Source of the DNA: Bugula neritina
Taxonomy: Eukaryota; Animalia; Bryozoa
NCBI GenBank assembly: GCA_964035545.1
Contig: OZ037767.1
Coordinates: 445,680-509,679, forward strand
DNA: 64,000 bases
Direction: 5' to 3'
The notes beneath the pieces are model-generated. The model was not told the origin of the DNA and searched no databases. It saw only the letters and a program-made list of their open reading frames with translations. Positions 1 to 12,000 of the stretch are shown in pieces (the first letter of the stretch is position 1; the number at the start of each line of letters is the position of its first letter). The position numbers were made by a program, and so were the translations under genes.

Positions 1-43
1 GTTATCTTCTTTTATTAAACATTAAAATGATTTTCTATCTAAC

Positions 44-3000
44 CTATAAAAGTCTTTGATGAGTCCTTCCTTGTATCTTTGCATGAGGTTATTAAGGAAC
101 CGTTGGTGTATGCCATACAGACAGAGCAGATTTGACACCTCTACTTCCTGTTACAGAAACACCAAAGATGAGTTGAGACACTATTATACTTACTCCATAA
201 AGCTAGATTATACTGAATGGCGCAGCACTAATTTCAGTATTAGATATAGTGACTGGCTCAGCCCTATTATAGTGACTCTGACCTTTTTAGAGAGGCAGGT
301 GATTGTCTCCACTGTGTTGTAGACGTTGAAGTGTAATCTGAAGAAGCTTTCCACGTAGGGGCCTTCTGCAGATTTCCCCACAGGCTCTCCAGTTGACAAG
401 ACGGAGCCGTAGTCCGGGTTCATCATGTGGATGGCCAGCGGGACGTCTAAGGACGGTTTACCAACTTGGAGGTAGTGGAGATCCCCTGAATGCATGCATA
501 TAAATTTAACTGAGAGTAATCCCCCTTGTACTGACGCAGGATATTCATATCTGGAGGTAATTCCCCTTGTACTAAAGCATATAATTAATTCATACCAGGG
601 AGTAATCCCCCTTGTACTTTGGGAGACTGATAGAGTGGTATAAGTTTGAGTGGATCTTCATTCACCGCAGATATTGGCTCCAGAGTTGGATCAAACAGGG
701 TCAGCATCACTGATGCAAGCTGCAATAAGTTAACACATTTTACAAGTCTTTAAACAGAACCAATATTCCTCTTCTGTATTCTGCTGTTAGATTAACTTGT
801 GCAGTTAGAGTTGTGCTGGACTGACTGGCCACTTACTTCTATGCCGATCTCTTTGCTGTTGAAGTTCTTATGAGTCCAAGGCTCAGCGTGATATCTCCTT
901 TGGTATTTAGTAACGGGACCAGCTGACCTGATGGAGATGTCATTGGTGTGGAAGGTAGAGTCTATGACCAGCTTCCCATCAAATACCAGACAAGCATCGT
1001 TGACAGCCTTGAAGGCGTTCAAGTCAACTCTCTTTGTGGTGTAGCTGAACAAGGCCTGCACGTCCAGACATAACACATCAACTAACAATGGTTAGTATTG
1101 ATTGGCTAACTTTTAGGAGCAAGGTGTATAGAAAGACAAACATTCTTTATTTCATTTTAACGTTGATTTCTCTTATTGGAGTTATATTTTTATCATCTGA
1201 CCAACACAAAACAAGCGAAGAGCAAAGTTAAACTAAAATGATATAAAATATATCCAAATGCTGCAACTAATACTGCAAGTACACAGTTGAATAACTCACA
1301 GAACAAGGTGAAGAGAAGGTGCCCTCTGGTGTGAGGAAAGTGACATCGGTGATGTTATTATTGTCATCAAGCTGCCAGTCAGCCAGTACGGCTCCATCTT
1401 GGATAGTTATACCATGTTCCTCTGTCAAGGCAGCTGTGACAGCAGCTTCAACCACCGGGTTGTTGAAACAAGAAGGCTGCCAGATAATACGTTAGAGGAT
1501 TAGGCAATGCAGGTCATCAAATTGACAACAAAATACAGAGAAACAGCGTGTATTATGCTGAGTGGGTGAGTGAGTGAGTGAGTGAGTGAGTCGGTGAGTG
1601 AGTGAGTGAGTGAGTGAGTGAGTGAATGAGTGAATGAGTGAGTGAGGTATAAGTTTCTATCACCAGCTAATGGAGCAGCAGCTAATGGAGCAGCTGCATA
1701 GTTTGAGTAGCTGAGTACTCACCCCTTGTTCTGGTAGTCTCACCAATACTATACTCGAAGGTGGAACTCCAACTTGTATGAGAGCCTGGATGGTAGTATA
1801 GGCTCTGAGACAATCTCCGTGGACTATTACTTTACCTACGACCACATGTAACGTATTAGTCAGTTTTACCTGCGGTTGCTAGAGTAACCCAAGCTATGTC
1901 ATCAGCTCACATTGCAGTGAAGCTGAAACTGCACTCAACAGTACCTTATAGTAACATATACATTATATAGTAACATATATATATTATAGCAACATATATA
2001 TATTATAGCAACATATATATATTATAGCAACATATATATATTATAGCAACATATATATATTTTAGCAACATATATATATACAATATTTACTTACCTGAAA
2101 TTTGATTGGTCACATTCATTTCCACCCAGAAGAGACTGACTGCTGCGTCATACTCGTCATTTACCACAAACAGATTCTCCGGGGGATCTCCCACAAACCA
2201 CCTGCAAGTACAACAGGCGAATAACTGGTGGGTTTACATAAGCACTAACCAATCAGAGGAAACGTATCATTGCTATAGCTAACCACACCCATATATCAGA
2301 TGTATTAGTGAATAGTCATATGAAGACTACATTATTCATCTGCACCTGACTAACCAGGAGCTAACACACATGAAGCTGACCAATTAACATACTGTAGGAA
2401 GTAACCTACCTATCAGGAGAAGCTGGTGGTAAGATGACTGTAGAGTTTTCCTCCAGTCCGGTGGGCATAGGATACTGATGCTGTTCACCAGTTGCTATCA
2501 CCAGGTGGTCGTAGGATACGAGTCTGGTGCCGTTCACAAACACCTGCTTCTTTGCTCTACAATAATCCATTTTCTGTAGATACTATGTAGATACAATGTA
2601 GATACAATGTAGATATTCTGTAGATACAATGTAGATACTATGTAGATACAATGTAGATAAAATGTAGATACAATGTAGACACTACCTGTCAATCTTTGTC
2701 ATTTTGCCGTACACAACGCTGACCCAAGACCGGAGTGATATTCTCGCATAGTCATCATCTGTGTAGCAGAATTCTTTACTGAGAAGGTTTTCTCTGAGAG
2801 GGTCGGGGCCCAGTTCTCCTGGTAACCCATGAGGGGAGATTAGAACCAGGTTGTTGAACTTGAGATGAGGACTACAATGAAGTGAATATATACAGAGAGT
2901 ATACAGAGTAGAGAGTATACAGAGTAGAGTATACAGAGTAGAGAGTATACAGTAGAGTATACAGAGTAGAGAGTATACAGAGTAGAGTATACAGAGTAGA

Positions 3001-6000
3001 GAGTATACAGAGTAGAGTATACAGAGTAGAGTATACAGAGTAGAGAGTATACAGAGTAGAGTATACAGAGTAGAGTATACAGAGTAGAGTGTACAGAGTA
3101 GAGTGTACAGAGTAGAGTATACAGAGTAGAGTATACAGAGTAGAGTATACAGAGTAGAGTATAATATACAGAGTAGAGAGTATACAGAGTATACAGAGTA
3201 TACAGAGTAGAGTATACAGAGTATACAGAGTAGAGTATACAGAGTAGAGTATACAGAGTAGAGGGTATACAGAGTAGTGGGTATACAGAGTAGAGTATAC
3301 AGAGTAGAGTATACAGAGTAGAGTATACAGGGTATACAGAGTAGAGAGTATACAGGTAGAGTATACAGAGTAGAGAGTACACAGAGTAGAGAGTATACAG
3401 AGTAGAGAGTATACAGAGTAGAGTATACAGAGTAGAGAGTATACAGAGTAGAGTATACAGAGTAGAGTATACAGAGTAGAGAGTATACAGAGTAGAGTAT
3501 ACAGAGTAGAGTATACAGAGTAGAGTATACAGAGTAGAGTATACAGAGTAGAGTATACAGAGTAGAGTATACAGAGTAGAGTATACAGAGTAGAGTATAC
3601 AGAGTAGAGAGTATACAGAGTAGAGAGTACACCTACAAAGAATATAAACAGGAAGTGGCTCTTACCAGAACACTAAAGTCTCTAGAAAGGCCAGAGAGAC
3701 GGTCGAAGCACCCACAATCACAATCCTGGCATTTATAGCGACTTTCGGCTCTAAAGTCAGCTTCCTGTTGATGTGGCACAGAGCGTAAGGTTCCTTAGTC
3801 TAAACACATGAAAGTATGAGGAACTTAGTCTAAACACATGAAAGTATGAGGAACTTAGTCTAAACACATGAAAGTATGAGGCACTTAGTCTACACATGAA
3901 AGTATGAGGCACTCAGTCTAAACCCATGAAAGTATGAGGCACTCAGTCTAAACACATGAAAGTATGAGGTACTTAGTCTAAACACATGAAAGTATGAGGT
4001 CCTTAGTCTAAACACATGAAAAATAAAAACAAATAAAAGTTGCAGAAAAATATTGCAAACTTTTAGTAGAATGTGGAATGCAAAGACTGCCGTGACAAAG
4101 CAATGTAGAATTGAATGGTCAGAAGTTACCTTCCTCTGTGATTGTATTTATTGTATAGTATAATGATACTGTGATGTATGGTAAGAAACTGAGCAGAAGT
4201 AGTGATGATGTCATACCTGTAGCACACGTTTAGATGGAGCTCTATCCTCAAGGACATCTAGAGGGTAAATAATTTGTCTCCTCGGCTTAACTGCTACCAT
4301 TTCATTCATACAAGTCACCATGGAGTGTGCAGATGCAAACTAAAATATATAATATAATATAATACAATATAACATACTCCAATATAATATAATATAATAC
4401 TCACACAAGTTTATAGTCACTATCCCTGTGAGAAACCCTGATAGAAAGGGTTTTTGTTAAAGCGGGCTAAGGACTTATTTAAATGAGGCACAGGAGCAAT
4501 TATGACTGGATGCTCTTCCTAACACCACCAATGGCCTTTGTCAGGGCTCAAACCCATGACCTTCGTGTATACCAGGCAAACGCTCTAACCCCTAGACCAC
4601 GGCTGCTCCCCCAATATAATATACTATAATATAGTAATATAATACAATATAACATACCCTAATATAATATACTATAATATAATACAATATAACATTATCC
4701 AATATAATATACTACAATATAATATAATACAATATAAAATACTCTCATATAATATAATATAATATAGCATACTCTCATATAATATGAAATAATAAAACAC
4801 CATATAATATAAAGTCACATTAGCATTACTTGAGCAGTTCATTGCAGCCAGTGATGACCTTTATCATAGCAAGCTTACCTCTGATTGGCTGAATGGAAGT
4901 AGCACGGGATAGTACAGTTTGCAAGCTTATCTCTAATTGGCTGAAAGGAAGTAACACTGGATAGTACAGTATGCAAGCTCACCTCTGATTGGCTGAAAGG
5001 AGGTAACACTGGATAGTACAGGCTGGTTTTATGAGTTTTTCTCAAGATCTCCTTTAAGAAGTACTTTGTGAAATGGTGGAATATTGGGTTGAGAGCGAAA
5101 TGGTGAAGATGGCCATGCTCTGTCCTAGCATGGTGGTTGAAATAAATGAAGTCCTCTATGTTGTAGTGAGAACGTATGTACTCAATATCATACTCAGCTC
5201 TCAGCACTGCTACTCCAACCACTTGCTGGTTTACCACAGCTACGTATGCTCTCAACTCTGTACCATCCTACAGCATATAGTGATATATAGTATATACTGT
5301 GTATAAGAGTATATACAGTATACAGTATATTATAGTAGTTAGTATATAGTATATACTGTATACTGTGTATAACTGTATATAATACAGTATACAGTATATT
5401 ATAGTAGAATATATATACTCCTGATGTGGGAACAACTGATATAGCTATAATGCATACCGGATCGCGTTTGGCAGCATAATATTGAGCAATGTCAGCAAGC
5501 AGGTTCTCTTTGTGTGTCAACGTTTCAACCAAACTTCTGATACTATCTTCATCTGCCGTGACAGCATCTCTCACTGTGAAGTCTCTACCAAATACACTTC
5601 ATTTTAGCTCTATGTAAACTATATATAGTAACTATACTATATATAAACTATATATAGTAATTATATTATACATAAACTATATACAGTAACTATATAATAT
5701 ATAAACTATATATAGCAACTATATTATATATAAACTATATATAGTAACTATATTATATATAAACTATATATAGTATAGTAACTATATAATATATAAACTA
5801 TATATAGTAACTATATTATATATAAACTATATATAGTAACCATATTATATATAAACTATACAATATATATATAGCAACAGAACTCTACGACAAAACAATA
5901 ACCCAGCTGGTGGTAGTAAGCTCCCTTAATGATGACTCATGTGCATTTCCTTCCGATACACAAATGTTGAGAGCATCACAACATGGTTATTCATTACTGT

Positions 6001-9000
6001 GAATTTACTGACTATACTTGGCTGTGAGGTTGTTATGATGATCTCCGGATGTATATATACACTTCATTCAATGCATGCTGGTTGACTGGTAATTCAGTGG
6101 TCACGTGATATTTAGGGCTAACATACACATCGATGTAAGAATATTGCCCAATCTAATGGAGAGGTTTATTGCATTTTTCTGCGTTACCATGGTGATTTAT
6201 TAAACAGTTCTCTAAACTACAACCATGCATGAAGAATTATGAGTAGATAAATGTGCGGTGACAAGCCTACAGGTTGTTGTAAGATTTAGACAGATGATGG
6301 GGTGTGAGTATTCTAACATGCTGTATAATCTATCTACATTATAGTATATAGTATATAGTATATAGTATATAGTATATAGTATATAGTATATAGTATAGTA
6401 TGTATATAGTATATAGTATATAGCATAGTAAGTATATAGTGTATAGTGTATAGTATAGTATGCATATAGTGTATAGTGTCCATAGACTTGGGTGGGAATA
6501 GAGAACTCAATGTTTATTAGCTCACATGATATAACACACAGAGTATACAACACAAGGTGGGTAGATTGAGGAAGAATATAAAACGTTTTAGTAGCTGCAA
6601 TCATTTGGATATTAAAGTGGCCATTACCTACGTACCCTCCAACTTATACTCTCTCAGCTAGTAGCATGAAGTAACGCGTCTAATTCCAACTTCATAAATA
6701 CAAGCAAAATTTCACACATTCTCTGTTTGATATGAGGAGGTACTGGTTCAGTGAGGATAACAAAGAGTTGTGAGGTCAGCCATACACTTTGTCTTGAATA
6801 GTACTTGGATAGTGCTGACACTTTGTCTTGAATAATGCTGACACCTTGTCTTGAATAGTGTTGACACTTTATCTTGAATAGTGTTGACACCTTGTCTTAA
6901 ATAGTGCTGACACCTTGTCTTGAATAGTGTTGACACTTTATCTTGAATAGTGCTGACACCTTGTCTTAAATAGTGCTGACACCTTGTCTTAAATAGTGTT
7001 GACACTTTGTCTTGAATAGTGCTGACAGTTGGGAGGCTCTCAATTGAGACAGCACCTTATTACCTGCACGAGACTAGACCTCTGTTATGTAATGATAAGT
7101 CGTCTGTTGAAACTGATTGACCTGTAGATGTCCTACCAGAGCCCTGACTTGTATTCCTTTCTATATTTAGATTTTGTTAACAGAAGAAGATGACTACAAA
7201 TACTTCATTCATGACTCAAGATAGCATCACAAACTCACACAGTGTTACTTCACTAGCTTGTAACGCGACAGCGGAAACTCTATTAGATATATACACGCAG
7301 CACATCCCGGCTGTCCTCATAACCAGCAAAGTTCTGCTGCCATTCTGGGTAGCAGTCGGCAGCGTAGGTAACATTCTCTCACTTCTAGTCTGGCTACAAT
7401 CAACCATGAGACACAGCTCAGGCTTCTACTTGGCAGCTCTGGCGGTCTCAGACACATTCTTTCTTGTGTTTTATCTAGTCTACTTTATTAATTACAACAC
7501 ATCACTCTTAAACAGACCATACATATGTCAATGGTTTGGTATCTCCTTCATGTCTGTACGTTTCATGTCACCTCTGTTTGTCTTGGCATTCACTGCTGAG
7601 CGATATCTGGTGGTTTGTCAGCCAGTCAGGGTGATCAACTGTCAGCCACTCAAGGTGGTCAACTGCTACCCACACCTGCACAGAAAGACCTCCATCACCA
7701 TCGCTGGCTCTGTAATATTCTCATTTGCTCTCGGTGCTTCATATGGCTACTTTGTTAAAAGTTCCCCAGAGCATGGTTGTGACGTTCAGCCGGATATGAT
7801 GTCATCCAGTGTGTGGACAAGGTTCACGTGGTCTACGGAGATGATAGTTTTTGGCATAGTGCCAATATCTATTCTCGTCTTAAATTGTCTGCTCATTCAC
7901 AAAATCCGTCACAAACCAAATATATTAAAAGAAAGTTGGCACCAGAAGAATGCCAACAGAATATCTGCCTGCACTCTAACACTTCTTGGAGTATCTTTCT
8001 ATTATATCTCGTCAACTCTATTTATGACAATGGCGTTTATCTTGATCTACATGTACCAGCCCAGCCACCTTCACCTGAACTCTTGTCTGACTCAGTTTGA
8101 GATAGCTAACGACTCGTCGTGGCAGAAACATCTCAGATTTACTAGTTTTAAGATATTGACTGAATCCATTTGCCAGTCTCATTATGCGATAAACTTCTTC
8201 ATATATATGCTGACGGGGAGTAAATTCCGTACAGAGTTCCACCGCATGATTAAAACTATGTTTTGCAAGGGAAGAGCACAGTCACATAATATGTCTTCTT
8301 TAAGTCAAACATAAACGAAACCAACAGAAAATAGAACAAAACCGGTGCTCACTAATAGGTTCCATATTGAGGGCTTCTAGACGCTATGCATTGCTATGTT
8401 GACCATCTCACCACTAAGTTGGGCTACATGACGCAGTTCCTATAGCAGTTATGCAGCTGGCATAAAAGTTTTTCTTTTTTAAATAATAAAACACTTTATA
8501 GTTTATTTTGTAAACCGAATTAACATGTCATATCCTATTCAGTTTTTGTACTCATCGACTTAAACTGACTTAAAATGATGCCAACAGATATTTAATATAA
8601 CGTCCTAACAGTTTATCTGTTATACTATTCAACAGTACCACACATATATTAACTTCATCCAACAAAAATATAATGTCCTGGTACTTTACACAATAATATA
8701 TAAATATAATGCGTTTTGTATAATTTGATTTTATAACCAATTGTAGGCAAGCTGAATTTAACTCATGGAATGCTTCACTTAGAGTCAGTCAAAATTTGAT
8801 TAAATGAAATTTCAATATTTTAATTTGAATCCCGCAATAGATTATCATTATATTACATCAGTTGATAGAAAGGACACTTTAGCCAACCATATTTCTACTC
8901 TGCAGAGTGAAAAGGACCTATATAGATAGATTAATATAGATTAGTGTTATTGTACCTGACAGACTTATATTAATTATAATGAGTGAAATACAAACGTTAT

Positions 9001-12000
9001 GATTGGACACGCTGTGCCATCTTTTGACTAAGGTAAAGTTACTATGAAAATGACTTACTCAGTTAGTCCCATCTTGTGAAAGACGTAAAGCTCTTGAGAC
9101 AAGTTGCTCGTGATTCGAGGAGTAACTCTGAGAAACTTCTGGAGGAGAGGGAACTCCGGGACGAGATGTGGAACCGTCATGACGGCAAACTCTTTGTCCG
9201 GTAGTCTGGCAAACGCCTCTCTCAGCAAGTCCAAAGACCTGGCAGGTAACGAGTTGTATCATAGACTGAGGATAGCACACACAATAATCAGAGTTGTCTC
9301 ACCTATTCTCATACTTTTTACTGATAGAAAATAATACAAATGATACAAACAATTGATATTATGGGTTGTTTACCCTAAACTATACTATGTGACTCTAGAA
9401 CAGGGGTGGGCAACTGGTGGCCTCAGGGTGACCTGTGATCCTTTGCTCAATTGTAGTGGCTCTTTTAATGCTTAAGATAAGTAAAAACTGCTATATGCAT
9501 TCTGATTAGCACAGTATAAGTTTGGTGAGAAATTACTTATTATAATAAAATTTAAAATCATGTGGCCATTTGAAGTTGCCCATTCCTGCTCTAGAATATA
9601 ATACTTGATTAGAGTTGTCTCACCTCATCTCGTATTGCTCATCAATACAGAAGAGCTGAATGCTGAATGCATTGGACTCTCCGTGGAACTCAGGCATGAA
9701 GCTATTGTTCACTTTCGGTAGCCTTGGTTCTTGTTTCTGCTCAGCAACGGGTTGCGGGGGCTCCTCCACAGCAGCCATTGAAGACTCTGGTTTCTCTATG
9801 ACACTGGATGCTCTGCTAGTGGAGAGAGAGCCGCTCACATCTGACATGTAGTCCAGCATCTCTTCACTCAGCTTCCTCTGTATGGACAGTTCTTCCTTCT
9901 CCTTACTTTCCCCTGCAGTACGGGACATCATATTCTGTATGTACTATATTATATTAGGTTACTGGTAGCCTGAGGTCTGGTAGTGCAGTATCACAAGGTA
10001 GGGTGGTGCTCACATACCTTTCTCATCTGCAGCCTGGGAAGAGACTTGGCTTTTAACAGATTTACTTGATTGCGGTTTGGATGGGACGGCTTCCTCTTCA
10101 ACTACCACTAAAACAGCAACTAATTGTTACCATAGAAACATGACTCACTGGAGAAACATTGGAGTTATCACCTCTTATACTAACATCTTTGAAGTTAAAC
10201 TAAAGTAAGAGACAATTAGAATGCAAGCTGATCGCTGTAAGAGAAATATTCACCTTGTTCTGTAGGCAGAGAAGTGACATCATGTGGAGTATATTTACCT
10301 GGTTCTGCAGGTGGACAAGTGATGTCATCTGGATGAGGTTTTCTTAACCCGTGAAGAGGTCCCAAATCAAAGCACTTGTTGAGCAGATCCAAGTTCACTT
10401 CTGTACAAAGACTCATAAATCCTACTGCTGTGCCTTCAATCTACAAGCATATTGTAACTTCTGACAGCAAAGAGTACATACCATACAAACAGTTTGTGCA
10501 GAGTTTACAAGGGCAGACAATGTCTTAGAGTATATTCACTTGCTGAAACCTAGACTGTGTTAAGAAATACCCCCCTCCCATAATAAATGACTCACAATGA
10601 AAGCAGCTACTAAAAGTTATCTGAAACCAGCCGGTCCCTGGTTAAAGACAATAAAGTTCCCACCTTTACTATACACTCCCACAGCAAACAGCAGTTGCAA
10701 CAGCTGAAACTACTTTTGACTGAGTTTAGAGTTATCTTATCACGTAGAATTGTCTCACCTCTGATACTAGGCAATGCATGGATTCATCCTGAGCCTCTAT
10801 AAGCTCGGCAAGAAAGAAATCTCCGTAAGTGTTGGTCAGCATGTTGCTCTGTCTGTCAAATATCGGTGTGAGGTCATCATGGTCCTGCACCCTCGCCTGT
10901 CTCACGTGCAGCATCGGCACAAACTTGTCCCGCCCACAAGCAAACAGCACGTGAGTGTCAATCCCGGCAGACTCTGAGTCGGCCTCTATCGGAGTGAATA
11001 TGTTGCTGAGAGATGCCTCTGTAACACACAGCATGTCTTCTGATTGGCTACTAAACATCTAAGAGTCGGTGTTCCTGGCCCCTAGTAAAGCTGCCAATAG
11101 GCTGCTAACCCCTTCCAGTCTTAAAGACTAGGTAACTCAGTCTAAAAAGCTATAATATGGCTGCAGAGTCCAAGAAAGCTCAAGCGTGAAGAGTAATCAA
11201 TGCATTGCTAGCTCTATGAGCAGAAGTTAAGTTTTATATGCCAGAGTATAAGATGCTAGCCTCAACACTACGTCTGCCACCTAAGACTATATTTAAATGT
11301 TGAAAGCAGCTTTTAATAGTCTAAATACAATCTCTGGAAGAAATTAGCTAGCTCTAAGTATTATATATGCATATAGAATACTGCACTGGTCAAAGTACAG
11401 CTATGTTAGTACAGTATGTTACCAGAATTACAATATTGAAAGAAGAAATATGCAAGTTTTAAACATCTCTACAGTAAAACTTACAACTATTAGAGTTTTA
11501 ATCAACTCGGATGATCAAGAAATTCTTACCTTTACTCAATCCATCTAAAATATGTCAACTAAACACATGATATGAGAGCAGAGCAGAATGTAGGCTGAAA
11601 TATCTACTAACAAGGTCCTATTTACACTAACCTATCTACTAACAAGGTTCTATTTACACTAACCTATCTACTAACAAGGTCCTACTTACACTAACCTATC
11701 TACTAACAAGGTCCTATTTACACTAACCTATCTACTAACATGGTCCTACTTACACTAACCTATCTACTAACAAGGTCCTACTTACACTAACCTATCTACT
11801 AACATGGTCCTACTTACACTAACCTATCTACTAACAAGGTCCTACTTACACTAACCTATCTACTAGCAAGGTCCTACTTACACTAACCTATCTACTAGCA
11901 TGGTCCTACTTACACTAACCTATCTACTAACAAGGTCCTACTTACACTAACCTATCTACTAACAAGGTCCTACTTACACTAACCTATCTACTAACAAGGT

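Noticed and set aside
2682-3632. 316-aa and 180-aa minus-strand ORFs
   Set aside because: Minisatellite read-through; only 2871-2686 is a real CFAP61 exon.
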